The notes: generated by a model not told the origin, from the letters alone. 64,000 nt of DNA from a virus (IMGVR_UViG_3300032219_000688:511-64510), one strand, 5' to 3'. Counted from the first letter of the stretch, positions 41,501 through 50,507 are shown. Numbers and translations: made by a program.

Positions 41501-41839
41501 ATAGTTCTAGCAAGCGATAATAGAATCGTTACAGCAATTCCAGCAGATGAAATTAAAGGCAATCCATCTGGATTGATTAAGATTCTAAACTTCCGTCAGT
41601 TGCCCTACAAAGAAGATGAACTTTTTGTAGTATCATTTAAGCCCAGGGTAACTAAGGCTGGTAAAAAGATGGCTTCTCTAGTTCTAGCAGATGCTAGTCG
41701 TGAGATGCATAGCGTTACAGTATTTCCTACATCTTTCTCTAAAGCGTATATGAAGATTGATGAAGGAAATGTATATAAATTCTCTTTGGGTAAAACTAAA
41801 GATGGAACAATAATTATGGAGGATGTGTTCAATGTTTGA
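38558..41839 (+). CDS. dnaE: DNA polymerase III alpha subunit (C family)
   Basis: PHP HVHTHYSLFDG and AITDHG; GRGSSAGSL, PDIDTD, GIHAAGV, IKIDALGL and YSFNKSHAVAY. Confidence 0.96.
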   Translation: MSYAGLHVHTHYSLFDGIATPQEYVDRAIEIGMPAIAITDHGSLSGHREMYRVAIEKGIKPILGVEGYIAQDRFDQRDKEDREDTPLDLVYNHLIILAKNEKGLENLNKLNEIAWTEGFYKKPRMDWTSLEKYKEGLIITSGCLSGFLAKAIEADDFAAAKEHLQWAKKTFGDDYYIEVMPHNPPEINKTILALADEFGIKPIVTPDCHHSGPEQREIQELKLILNTYSNKVQKDATFAGTQDYDNLMDKLDYLYGADRQITFRDYEIHLLSDEEMHKSMEAQGITRQDMYDNTIEIMNKVEDYNIKDHLDLLPAQYQNPDQELYELAMEGLTSRGVGADPAYHVRAEEELQIIKDKNFAPYFLVVRNMINWAKKEGIMVGPGRGSSAGSLVCYALGITDIDPIEHGLLFFRFINPERNDFPDIDTDIQDSRREDVKDYLVRQYRHVASIATFLEFKGKGMIRDIARVLNIPLADVNKVLKLVDDWDDYLRAKSTQEFREKYPEIELYGEQLRGRIRGTGIHAAGVVTAKEPIFKYAPLETRTTPGSKERIPVVAVDMEEAERIGLIKIDALGLKTLSVIQDTLAIIKERSGDVVDLYKLNMEDANVYRMLSDGFTKGVFQCEATPYTNLLVKMGIKNFSELAASNALVRPGAMNTIGKDYVARKHGKQNIDYKHEVLKAFTKETYGCILYQEQVMLACVELGGMTMAEADKVRKIIGKKKDAKEFDVFKDRFVKGASRFLSPNASEDLWTDFEAHAGYSFNKSHAVAYSTVSYWTAWLKYYYPIEFMYSLLKNESDKDARTEYLIEAKRMGIPVRLPHINDSDVDFKIEGKGIRFGLSSIKFISDNIANKYIDARPFASYKELEEFTFGKGNGVNSRALQALRLVGAATFHDQPRNDEEVRENLYEYLNLPEFNTSIPQHYHAFINDVEEYEEKGAYVLMGMIKSIKRGKGWSRVELLDRTGSTGIFDDENTTIEAGRTYIVLASDNRIVTAIPADEIKGNPSGLIKILNFRQLPYKEDELFVVSFKPRVTKAGKKMASLVLADASREMHSVTVFPTSFSKAYMKIDEGNVYKFSLGKTKDGTIIMEDVFNV

Positions 41840-42170
41840 TGAAGTAGCAAAAGACCTGCACGAAACAGCAGTAGAAAAAGGTTTCTGGAGCATTGCCTAT
41901 AACAATGATGACAAGGAATCCTTGGATATATTTATGACTAAACAACTAATGATGATTGTGTCAGAAGCGGTTGAGGTCATGGAAGCAATTCGCAAGTCCA
42001 AGGGTCCAGAAGAAGTAGCAGACGAGATGGCAGACATTATCATTCGCACCCTTGACCTGTATGCAGGTCTGCGTGAGTTTGAGTATGTCAATGGCAGTCT
42101 TGACGATGCTTTTGAAAAGAAGACTGGCTACAATAAGTCTAGACCAGAAAGACATGGGGTTCGTTTCTAA
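41832..42170 (+). CDS. MazG-like nucleotide pyrophosphohydrolase
   Basis: SEAVEVMEA...EVADEMADIIIR acidic motif. Confidence 0.7.
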   Translation: MFDEVAKDLHETAVEKGFWSIAYNNDDKESLDIFMTKQLMMIVSEAVEVMEAIRKSKGPEEVADEMADIIIRTLDLYAGLREFEYVNGSLDDAFEKKTGYNKSRPERHGVRF

Positions 42171-43177
42171 TGACTACTATCGAAGAGGCAATGGCAGCAT
42201 TAGACCCACGCATCCGTAAGCGTTTGACTAACGGTGTTGGGTTTAAAACTGAGTACCAGGGAACTCCTAGTTTTGGTCTTAATCGTGCACTCAATGGTGG
42301 GTTACCACTAGGCAGACAAGTTTTGATTTGGGGAAGTAAGTCTTCTGCCAAGTCATCGCTATGCTTGCAGATGATTGCTCAGGCACAAGAAGAAGGCAAG
42401 TTGTGTGCTTGGATTGATGCTGAAATGTCATACTCAGAAGATTGGGCTAAGAGACTTGGGGTAGATACAGATAACCTTATAGTATCACAAGCCAGAACTA
42501 TTAATGAAATGGTTGATGTAGGAACAAACCTAATGAATGCTGGAGTAGATATCATTGTAGTTGATTCAATTACATCTCTGCTACCTGCTATCTATTTTGA
42601 AAAGGATACTGATGAACTTAAACAGTTGGAAAACACTAAACAAATTGGTGCGGAGTCTAGAGATTTTAGCAACGCTTGGAAGATGCTTAATTATGCTAAT
42701 AACAAAGTTAAGCCAACCCTTTTGGTTCTTATCTCGCAATCTCGTAACAATATTTCTGCTATGTATACTAGTCAACAGCCTTCTGGTGGTCAGGCTACTA
42801 AGTTTTATTCATCAACGGTTATCAAGTTATTCTCTTCCGAATCAGACAATCAAGCAATTAAAGGCAAGATTGCAGTTGGCGATAAACTCATTGAGGAAAA
42901 GATTGGTAGGAAGATTCGTTGGGAAATCCAATTTAGCAAGACATCGCCAGCCTTCCAATCTGGAGAGTACGATTTTTATTTCCGAGGTGATGTTGGCATT
43001 GACAGCATTGGTGATTTGGTTGATACTGCAGAGATGATGGGTATTGTAGAGCGTACAGGTGCTTGGTATATTCTACCAGACGGAAGTAAATTGCAGGGTA
43101 GGGATAAGTTCGTGGCTCGTGTTCGTGAAGACCTAGACCTACAAGACGATATTAAGGCTAAGGTTATGAATGGGTAA
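42170..43177 (+). CDS. recA: RecA-like recombinase
   Basis: LNRALNGGLPLGR, P-loop GSKSSAKS, WIDAE, VVDSI, ISQSR, GGQATKFYSS and GAWY. Confidence 0.88.
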   Translation: MTTIEEAMAALDPRIRKRLTNGVGFKTEYQGTPSFGLNRALNGGLPLGRQVLIWGSKSSAKSSLCLQMIAQAQEEGKLCAWIDAEMSYSEDWAKRLGVDTDNLIVSQARTINEMVDVGTNLMNAGVDIIVVDSITSLLPAIYFEKDTDELKQLENTKQIGAESRDFSNAWKMLNYANNKVKPTLLVLISQSRNNISAMYTSQQPSGGQATKFYSSTVIKLFSSESDNQAIKGKIAVGDKLIEEKIGRKIRWEIQFSKTSPAFQSGEYDFYFRGDVGIDSIGDLVDTAEMMGIVERTGAWYILPDGSKLQGRDKFVARVREDLDLQDDIKAKVMNG

Positions 43178-43352
43178 ATATACAGTTTATCCAGGTAAAT
43201 TTCCTTGCCACACCTGCAGGGTAGAAGTTAAATCTGTAAGAGTATATCCATCAGATAAACTAATAACTTGGATGTGTCCAGACAAACATCTAAACGAAGT
43301 AAGCCTTGAGACCAAGAAGAAGAAAGATTATGAGCGAGAAAAGCGAGAGTAA
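43170..43352 (+). CDS. Small Zn-ribbon protein
   Basis: CHTC...CPDKH. Confidence 0.6.
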   Translation: MGKYTVYPGKFPCHTCRVEVKSVRVYPSDKLITWMCPDKHLNEVSLETKKKKDYEREKRE

Positions 43353-43629
43353 GCGTATCGGTGCTAAACAGCATAAGAACTCTGGCAGGGGTACTCATAA
43401 AGGCGATGCTTCTTGGGAAGGCTTCACTGTTGACTTTAAAGAGGTTGGCAAGTCCTTTACCCTGAATAAAGATGTTTGGGCTAAGGCAACTACAGATGCT
43501 ATTCGTAATAACGATAATCCAGCAATTGTAGTTGTCCTTGGCGAGGACGGTATTAAAACAAGATTAGCAGTCATTGAGTTGTCTCTACTAGAGATGATAC
43601 TTGACCAACTACCGCCTAATAGTGTATAA
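43330..43629 (+). CDS. PD-(D/E)XK Holliday-junction-resolvase-like nuclease
   Basis: SE...NSGRG..KGDA...VDFKE pattern. Confidence 0.6.
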   Translation: MSEKSESKRIGAKQHKNSGRGTHKGDASWEGFTVDFKEVGKSFTLNKDVWAKATTDAIRNNDNPAIVVVLGEDGIKTRLAVIELSLLEMILDQLPPNSV

Positions 43630-43655
43630 TAGAATTACAACATTAAGGATACTAA

Positions 43656-43955
43656 ATGGAACAAACAACAATTGAACAGGTCAATGGTCTCACAGAGATT
43701 GCTGACTTTATGAATGATGAAGAACTGACTACCGCTCTTACCTTTATTGCTAAGGTAATTCTTAAGCCAGATATTCCTCTTAACGTTGCACAAGTAGAAA
43801 TCGTTCGCTTACAAGCAATTGCTGCGAAGATGTCTTTCAAAGCCACATGGCTAACTAACGTAGATAAAGGAGACAGAGCGAAAAAGAATATTTATTACAC
43901 CGCTGCTGAGGCTATTAACAACCTCGTTTCGGCTCTTAAATATATCACTCGCTAG
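43656..43955 (+). CDS. Hypothetical protein (99 aa)
   Basis: ORF with an upstream TATAAT (43625-43630). Confidence 0.7.
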   Translation: MEQTTIEQVNGLTEIADFMNDEELTTALTFIAKVILKPDIPLNVAQVEIVRLQAIAAKMSFKATWLTNVDKGDRAKKNIYYTAAEAINNLVSALKYITR

Positions 43956-43962
43956 TGTTATT

Positions 43963-44772
43963 ATGGCAAAAAATTTATTAAGTCAGGTAATGATTAAAAA
44001 GGTTGAGAGTAATCCCAATTCTAAGCCATCATTCCTAGACAAGAAAGCATTGATTGATAAAATTAACTCTGGTTATACTGTCAATCGTGTAGACAAGTTT
44101 CAAACAAAGAAAACATTTGCACCTAGTACGATTGCGTTCTCTCATGGAGAATGTCCTCGTTACTGGTATCTAGCCTTTGAGGGTGCTAACTTTGTTGATA
44201 ATGCTGATGCGTATGGCGGTGCAAACATGACTGCTGGTACAAAGGCACACGAAAGAATTCAAGAGGCTATGGGCAATGTTCCTGGACTTCTTGTAGATTC
44301 CGAGTTTAAGGTAACATATAATGACCCACCAATCTTTGGTTATGGTGACGTTATTCTTAACTGGGAAGATAAAGAACTGCTTGGCGAAATTAAGACAATG
44401 CCTAACGAGGGCTTTGAGTATCGTAAAAATGCAGGGAAGCCTAAACTGGGTCACATGATTCAGTTGCTTATCTATATGAAGATTCTTAATAAGAGCAAAG
44501 CAGTGTTGATTTATGAGAACAAGAATAATCACGAACTGTTGATTTTTCCTGTAGAATTAAATCAGTACATGTACGAGTGGGTAGAGAACACTTTTGAGTG
44601 GATGAGGAATGTTCGAAAAGCATGGGAAGATAAAACCCTGCCAGAGAAAAATTATCGTTCTAATTCAAAGATATGCAAGACATGCCCTATACAAGCGGCT
44701 TGTGCTTCTGCAGGTTCTGGAGAGATAAAAATCAAATCTCTGGAGCCTTTAAATGAAGAACAAACATTGTAG
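43963..44772 (+). CDS. Cas4/RecB-like exonuclease (not CRISPR-associated)
   Basis: APSTI...ECPRYWY, GDVIL, GEIKT, QLLIYM and C-terminal CKTC.....C iron-sulfur staple. Confidence 0.8.
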   Translation: MAKNLLSQVMIKKVESNPNSKPSFLDKKALIDKINSGYTVNRVDKFQTKKTFAPSTIAFSHGECPRYWYLAFEGANFVDNADAYGGANMTAGTKAHERIQEAMGNVPGLLVDSEFKVTYNDPPIFGYGDVILNWEDKELLGEIKTMPNEGFEYRKNAGKPKLGHMIQLLIYMKILNKSKAVLIYENKNNHELLIFPVELNQYMYEWVENTFEWMRNVRKAWEDKTLPEKNYRSNSKICKTCPIQAACASAGSGEIKIKSLEPLNEEQTL

Positions 44773-45052
44773 TTGGTGCGATAAGCAATTCCAAACTAAA
44801 CTATCCTATCAGATATACTGCTCTCCAGAATGTAGAGAGCAAGCAACTAGAGAAAAGATTGCTGAAAAATATCTGAGGGACAAGGTTAAGAAACGTGCTG
44901 GCAAGGTTCGATTGTGTAAGACTTGTAATAAGCAACTCTCAATGTATACAGAAGAAACTATCTGTCAATCTTGCGAGATAAATCCAGATGATGTTAGAGA
45001 CACTCTTAAAGAGATTAAGGATATCCTAAATGGTAAAACTAAACTTGACTAA
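44753..45052 (+). CDS. Cys-rich zinc-binding hypothetical protein
   Basis: CSWC, YCSPEC, CKTC and CQSC. Confidence 0.65.
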   Translation: MKNKHCSWCDKQFQTKLSYQIYCSPECREQATREKIAEKYLRDKVKKRAGKVRLCKTCNKQLSMYTEETICQSCEINPDDVRDTLKEIKDILNGKTKLD

Positions 45053-45605
45053 AAAGCCTAAAAGATTCTGTGCTATTGATGCAAGCACTAATAGCCTAGC
45101 CTTTGCTATTTTTGAAGATAGTAAAATTATTGCTTGTGGAAAGATTAAGTTTGAGGGCATATCTACCTATGACAAGGTTATGGATGCTGCCAAGAAAACA
45201 AAAGCCTTTTTTGATAAGTTTGATTTTGATACTATCATCATTGAACACACAGTATTTATGAACAGCCCTAAGACTGCTGCACAACTTGCTATGGTGCAAG
45301 GAGCATTGCTTGGGGCTGCTTCTATGTCTGGGGTAAAGAAGATTGGTTCAGTATCTCCTATGACTTGGCAAAACTTTATTGGTAACAAGAAGATAACCAA
45401 AGAAGAGAAGCACGAGATACAGAAGAAGAATCCAGGTAAGTCAGTTTCCTGGTTCAAGAATGAAGAACGAAATATTCGAAAGCAGAGAACGATTAACTTT
45501 GTTAATATAAACTATGATAAGCAGTTAGAAGATGACGATGTTGCAGATGCTTGTGCTATTGGGCACTGGGCTTTAAAGAACTGGGACAAGGCGTTTGGAT
45601 ACTAA
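45030..45605 (+). CDS. ruvC: RuvC-like resolvase
   Basis: AIDASTNSLAF, IIIEHT and DVADACAIG catalytic carboxylates. Confidence 0.8.
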   Translation: MVKLNLTKKPKRFCAIDASTNSLAFAIFEDSKIIACGKIKFEGISTYDKVMDAAKKTKAFFDKFDFDTIIIEHTVFMNSPKTAAQLAMVQGALLGAASMSGVKKIGSVSPMTWQNFIGNKKITKEEKHEIQKKNPGKSVSWFKNEERNIRKQRTINFVNINYDKQLEDDDVADACAIGHWALKNWDKAFGY

Positions 45606-45760
45606 TGGCTAATAAGTTTTATACAAATGAGGCATGGCTAAAAAAGCGTTACCATGTCGATAAGAAAACTCCAGAGCAGATTGCTTTAGAGTGTGGAACT
45701 AGCGTAGAAACAATCTACGTTTATTTAGCAAAATTTGGACTAAGGAAGTCAAAGAGATGA
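45605..45760 (+). CDS. Small HTH DNA-binding protein (51 aa)
   Basis: TPEQIALECGTSVETIYVYLAKFGL; start ATG 45605 (TAATG). Confidence 0.65.
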   Translation: MANKFYTNEAWLKKRYHVDKKTPEQIALECGTSVETIYVYLAKFGLRKSKR

Positions 45761-46044
45761 AAAAAGTAAGGTCAGTCAAACTGCAGGAAACAAAATTTAA
45801 CAGAGAGAATGAGTTACAAATTGGTAACTTTACTATTGCTAAAGGTGATATCATTAAAATAGAGGGAGAACATGGTGTCAAATTTAAGTTTGATGCTGTT
45901 GTAACCAATACCGAAAATGGTAAGGTATGGGTAGACTGCTTTGAGATGCAGAAGTCAACCGCTACTGCATGGCGTTCGTTTGACCCTGAAAGAGTTAAGC
46001 GTATTCCAACAAAACGAGGAAAACGAAAGAAAAATGTCGATTGA
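45757..46044 (+). CDS. Hypothetical SH3-like protein
   Basis: 95 aa, overlaps both neighbours. Confidence 0.55.
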   Translation: MKKVRSVKLQETKFNRENELQIGNFTIAKGDIIKIEGEHGVKFKFDAVVTNTENGKVWVDCFEMQKSTATAWRSFDPERVKRIPTKRGKRKKNVD

Positions 46045-46567
46045 AGATTTAACAGTTGAACATCTCGATGAGATGAACAAAGTTGTGGAGAAGTATCTCC
46101 AGGGTGAAGAGCCTACTCAAATTTCTAAAGAACTTGCAATGCCAAGACAAAAAGTGGTTGCTCACATTAACCAGTGGCGTGTTATGGCTTCTGACAATGC
46201 TGCTATTCGTGCTCGTGCCAAGGAAGCATTGGTTGGTGCAGACACACACTATAACAAACTAATTAGTAAAGCATATGAAGTTATGGATGATGCAACTACT
46301 GTTGCCAATCTTGGTGCTAAGACCGCTGCAATTAAACTTGTTATGGATATTGAAAGCAAGCGTATAGACATGCTTCAGAAAGCAGGTCTGCTTGAGAATA
46401 AAGAACTGGCAGAAGAGATGCTAAACATTGAACACAAACAGGATATCCTTGTTGGTATTCTTAGAGATATTGCAAGTGAGTACCCACAGATTCGTGACGA
46501 GATTATGCGTAGGCTTTCGCAGGTATCAAAAGAGCAAGAGGTTATAACCATTGTCAATGTTCAATGA
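46034..46567 (+). CDS. terS: Terminase small subunit (putative)
   Basis: N-terminal HTH (PTQISKELAMPRQKV) with a helical body; directly upstream of and overlapping terL. Confidence 0.6.
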   Translation: MSIEDLTVEHLDEMNKVVEKYLQGEEPTQISKELAMPRQKVVAHINQWRVMASDNAAIRARAKEALVGADTHYNKLISKAYEVMDDATTVANLGAKTAAIKLVMDIESKRIDMLQKAGLLENKELAEEMLNIEHKQDILVGILRDIASEYPQIRDEIMRRLSQVSKEQEVITIVNVQ

Positions 46568-48347
46568 TTTTCTTGAGGTACTGAAGAGCAACGTCTTTGC
46601 AGAGATGCCAGTAGACGTTAAGACATTTGTCGAAGGTGAAGACTATCTGCAGCAACCACCACTATCTCAAATTCAATACGATATTGTAGAGGCTATGAGC
46701 CAAATCTACAAACTAGAAGAAGTTATTGAAATCCTGGGGGACACAGAAGGTCGTAGATACTATAATAAGTATACAAAGAACGAAGTTATCCTACAACTAG
46801 GAAAGGGTTCTGGTAAGGACTTTGTTTCTACAGTTGCTTGTTGCTACATTGTTTATAAGTTGCTTTGTCTTAAAGACCCTGCTCGTTACTTTGGTAAGCC
46901 TACTGGCGATGCTATTGATATTATTAACATTGCGATTAACGCACAACAGGCTAAGAACGTTTTCTTTAAAGGCTTCAAGAACAAGATTGAACGCTCTCCA
47001 TGGTTTGCTGGAAAATACTACGCAAAGGCAGACAGCATTGAGTTTGATAATGCTATTACTGTTTATTCTGGTCACTCTGAGCGTGAGTCTCACGAAGGTC
47101 TAAACCTTCTCCTTGCAGTACTGGACGAGATTTCTGGTTTTGCTAATGAGGTTGGAACTGGTAATGACCAAGGAAAGACTGCTGACAACATCTACAAAGC
47201 CTTCCGTGCTTCCGTAGACTCTCGCTTTCCTGACCTTGGAAAGGTAGCCCTACTATCTTTCCCTCGCTATCCAGGAGACTTTATCTCCACCAGATACGAT
47301 GCAGTTATCGCAGACAAAGAAGTTGTAACAAAGAAACATAAGTTTATTATGAATCCAGACTTACCAGAAGATGCGGAAGGAAATACCCTTGAGATTGAGT
47401 GGGACGAAGACAACATTCTAGCATACAAGTTTCCTGGAATGTTTGCTATTAAAAGACCAACATGGGTGGTAAATCCTACTCGTAAAATTGATGACTTTAA
47501 GTTAGCATTTTATACAGACCTTGGAGATGCTATGATGCGTTTTGCTTGTGTCCCTACCTACGCTTCCGATGCTTTCTTTAAGCAGCAAGAAAAAGTTCGT
47601 GCTTGTATGACAGTCGTAAATCCTATTGACACTAATAAAAGTTTTATGGAATCATTTAAGCCAGACCCAGACAAGAAATACTTTGTCCATGCTGACCTTG
47701 CACAGAAGCATGACAAATGTGCTGTGGCTATTGCTCACGTTGAGAAGTGGGTAAATGTCCAGGTAGTCAAAGACTATGCACAAGTAATGCCTATCGTAGT
47801 GGTAGATGCAGTAGTGTATTGGGAGCCAAAGATTGAGGGACCAGTTAATCTTTCAGAAGTGAAGCAGTGGATTCAGAACCTACGCAGACTAGGCTTTGAT
47901 ATTGGTATGGTTTCCTTTGACCGCTGGCAATCATTTGATATCCAAAATGAACTTAAGTCTGTTGGTATAAAAACTGAGACTGTATCTGTTGCTAAAAAGC
48001 ACTATGAGGATATGGCTATGCTTGTATATGAAGAACGCCTTGCTATGCCAGCCATAGAGTTGCTGTTTGAAGAACTAACAGAGTTGAAGATTATGAGGGG
48101 TAATCGTGTAGACCACCCTAGAAAGTCTTCTAAGGACCTTGCAGACGCTGTTTGTGGTGCTATTTTTGGTGCTATCTCACACACTGTAAAAGACAATAAT
48201 CAGATGGTAGAGATACACACATTCCGTGACAGAAAACCAACAGAAGAACTGCACGAGTTTGATAAGCGTAGCATCATTGAACGCAACAAGCCAGACCAAA
48301 AACAACTAGATTCATACTTTAAACAGTTTAACATAAATATAATGTAG
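46551..48347 (+). CDS. terL: Terminase large subunit
   Basis: Walker A GKGSGKD, Walker B LAVLDE; nuclease motifs HADLAQKHD, SFDRWQS and DLADA. Confidence 0.92.
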   Translation: MSMFNDFLEVLKSNVFAEMPVDVKTFVEGEDYLQQPPLSQIQYDIVEAMSQIYKLEEVIEILGDTEGRRYYNKYTKNEVILQLGKGSGKDFVSTVACCYIVYKLLCLKDPARYFGKPTGDAIDIINIAINAQQAKNVFFKGFKNKIERSPWFAGKYYAKADSIEFDNAITVYSGHSERESHEGLNLLLAVLDEISGFANEVGTGNDQGKTADNIYKAFRASVDSRFPDLGKVALLSFPRYPGDFISTRYDAVIADKEVVTKKHKFIMNPDLPEDAEGNTLEIEWDEDNILAYKFPGMFAIKRPTWVVNPTRKIDDFKLAFYTDLGDAMMRFACVPTYASDAFFKQQEKVRACMTVVNPIDTNKSFMESFKPDPDKKYFVHADLAQKHDKCAVAIAHVEKWVNVQVVKDYAQVMPIVVVDAVVYWEPKIEGPVNLSEVKQWIQNLRRLGFDIGMVSFDRWQSFDIQNELKSVGIKTETVSVAKKHYEDMAMLVYEERLAMPAIELLFEELTELKIMRGNRVDHPRKSSKDLADAVCGAIFGAISHTVKDNNQMVEIHTFRDRKPTEELHEFDKRSIIERNKPDQKQLDSYFKQFNINIM

Positions 48348-48390
48348 TGGTATAATAGTCTTGTTGGGCACTTCCAACGAGGAGATTAAA

Positions 48391-50328
48391 ATTAAAAAAA
48401 CCCAAATTATTTTAGCAGTTATAACACTAGCACTTTCCCCTATTTTTTTAGCACAGTCAGCATTTGGAGAAACAAAAGCAGAGTATAGTGCAAAAGTAGA
48501 AGAGGCAAAGGCTGTTATTGACGCTGCCCAGAATGCCTTAACTCTTGCTCAAGAAGCCTACCAATTAGCAGTAGATAGCAAGGCTGCTATCGATGCCACG
48601 GTAGAGTCAAACAAAACAATCCTAGATAACAAAATTCTAGATGTACAAAGCAAACAATTGCTTGTAGACAAAGCACAAGCAAGTTTAGACTTGGCTAAAG
48701 AAAACTACAATACAAAATTAATTTCAGACCCTAACTGGATTAGACCAGACAAAGAAGTTACACAGACTATTGATGTGGCATATACAGTTCAGGTTCCTTA
48801 TACTGAGTTAGTCCCAAGAGTAGAACTTGTACCAAGAACAGTTTTGATACCCTACACAGAGATGGTTCCTTATTTAGATTATGAGCCAGTTGAGGTTACA
48901 AGGGTAGTCCCAGGTGGACTTACAGCAACATCTTACAACAGACAGGGATACAATAATGCACCACCACTACCAACAGACATAGAGATACCCCTAGCAACTG
49001 AGAACGTGCCTAACATTAATTTTCAATGGGGTAGTGGACTGGTCCTGAACTCTGGAAAGACTGAGGATGTTCTTGTTAAGTTTGAGGGAAATCTAATGGT
49101 TCCAGAAGACAACTGGTATAGTTTCTACGCACCAGGAGATGATGGAGTCAAACTAACTATTGCTGGAATGTCTCTAATTAATGACTGGAGAGATAAGGGT
49201 GGAGGCGGAAGTATCTCTGAGCCTATGTGGATTAGAGCAGGTATTTTTTATCCAACTACCCTATACTACTATGAAAATGGTGGTGGAGCATGGGTGCAGT
49301 TTTACTCACAGGTTTCTGGAGGGAACATGCAGATAGTTCCTGCAACTTGGTTTGGAGAAACAACAGTAACAGAAACAATTTATCAGCCAGTTGTAAGGTA
49401 TCAGGAAGTAACTTATTATAGAGAAGAGATTGTTTACGATGAGGTTACAGTATATGACGAGATTACTTTATTTAGAGAAGAAACTAGATACAGAAAAGAA
49501 GACATAATTGTAATTGTTCCAGACGAGGATGCTACTGCACCATTAATTAATGACCCAGTTTTGGCTATAGTTGTTGGCTTAGTACAGATTGAGTTAGATG
49601 AAAAACAATCTATTTTATTATCTGCAACGACAGATAGAAACAGGCTACAGCAAGACTACGAGTCTTCCCTGATTACTCAAGCAGAAAAAGCAGGTATAAT
49701 TGAAGTAGCATCGCAAGATGTAATAACTAAACAGGAGGAACTGCTTGTCGCTCAACAAAAACTTGACTCCATTCCACCTTACAAAGAGCCAACACCTACA
49801 CCTACGGAGACCGAGGAACCTACTGAAGAGCCAGAGGAAGTTGAGCCAGAACCGATACCAGAGCCAGAGCCGCCAGTGTCCCCCGAACCCAGTGAACCTG
49901 AGTTACCAGTAAATATTGAAACGGTAGACCCACAAACACTTTCAAATGAACAAGTAGCAGAACTTATATCTGTAGCAAATGAAATCCTAGACAATTCAGA
50001 ACAAGGCTCACCAGAGTATGAAGAAGCCCTTGACGCACTATTTGTTGCTGCTCAGGCAGACGATATTGTCATCTCTGAAGAACTAGCAGCCATTCCAGGA
50101 GCAGAAGCATTGGTTGGTGCAATTAACTTTATTGGTAACGTTGGAGCAGACATGTCTCCAAAGGTTAGAGAAGAATCAGAGAAGGTTGTTGTAACAGCGA
50201 TTGTTGCTGTTGGAGCAGCAGTCAACGCAGCAACAGGAGCAGCACTTACTGCAGCAGCACCATCAGCGGCAGCATCTGCATCAGCAGGTGGCTCAGGTGG
50301 AACATCAAGTACAAGGAGGAAAGATTAA
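48391..50328 (+). CDS. Exported/membrane-anchored PA14-domain protein
   Basis: Signal-peptide-like MKKTQIILAVITLALSPIFLAQSAFG; coiled coils; PA14 motifs (NINFQWG, FYAPGDDGVKL, YYYENGGGA); P/E-rich linker; hydrophobic C-terminus. The start is uncertain (TTG 48361/48364 or ATT 48391). Confidence 0.7.
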   Translation: MKKTQIILAVITLALSPIFLAQSAFGETKAEYSAKVEEAKAVIDAAQNALTLAQEAYQLAVDSKAAIDATVESNKTILDNKILDVQSKQLLVDKAQASLDLAKENYNTKLISDPNWIRPDKEVTQTIDVAYTVQVPYTELVPRVELVPRTVLIPYTEMVPYLDYEPVEVTRVVPGGLTATSYNRQGYNNAPPLPTDIEIPLATENVPNINFQWGSGLVLNSGKTEDVLVKFEGNLMVPEDNWYSFYAPGDDGVKLTIAGMSLINDWRDKGGGGSISEPMWIRAGIFYPTTLYYYENGGGAWVQFYSQVSGGNMQIVPATWFGETTVTETIYQPVVRYQEVTYYREEIVYDEVTVYDEITLFREETRYRKEDIIVIVPDEDATAPLINDPVLAIVVGLVQIELDEKQSILLSATTDRNRLQQDYESSLITQAEKAGIIEVASQDVITKQEELLVAQQKLDSIPPYKEPTPTPTETEEPTEEPEEVEPEPIPEPEPPVSPEPSEPELPVNIETVDPQTLSNEQVAELISVANEILDNSEQGSPEYEEALDALFVAAQADDIVISEELAAIPGAEALVGAINFIGNVGADMSPKVREESEKVVVTAIVAVGAAVNAATGAALTAAAPSAAASASAGGSGGTSSTRRKD

Positions 50329-50507
50329 TGAAGAATTTTTTAAATGACCTATTGGGTCAAGCATGGACACTTCTTGGTATGTTTGTCGCATGGCTCGTCC
50401 TTGAGGGTTCGGCAAAAGAAGTTGTGGGATATGCAATCGTTGGAACATCTGTTCTATGGATGATTACTTATCCACTTAGAAATCCAAAAGACAAGGAGGA
50501 AGAATAA
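50328..50507 (+). CDS. Small two-TM membrane protein (59 aa; below the ORF-track cutoff)
   Basis: MKNFLNDLLGQAWTLLGMFVAWLVL...; TAATG-coupled on both sides. Confidence 0.75.
   Translation: MKNFLNDLLGQAWTLLGMFVAWLVLEGSAKEVVGYAIVGTSVLWMITYPLRNPKDKEEE

Noticed and set aside
43963-44772. CRISPR-Cas system suggested by the Cas4-like gene
   Set aside because: No repeat-spacer array or other cas genes; stand-alone Cas4-like nucleases are common in phage recombination modules.
35378-48347. Inteins or introns in DnaB, DnaE, RecA, TerL or RNR
   Set aside because: Lengths and motif spacing are normal; no C...HN[CST] splice junctions or LAGLIDADG motifs were seen.
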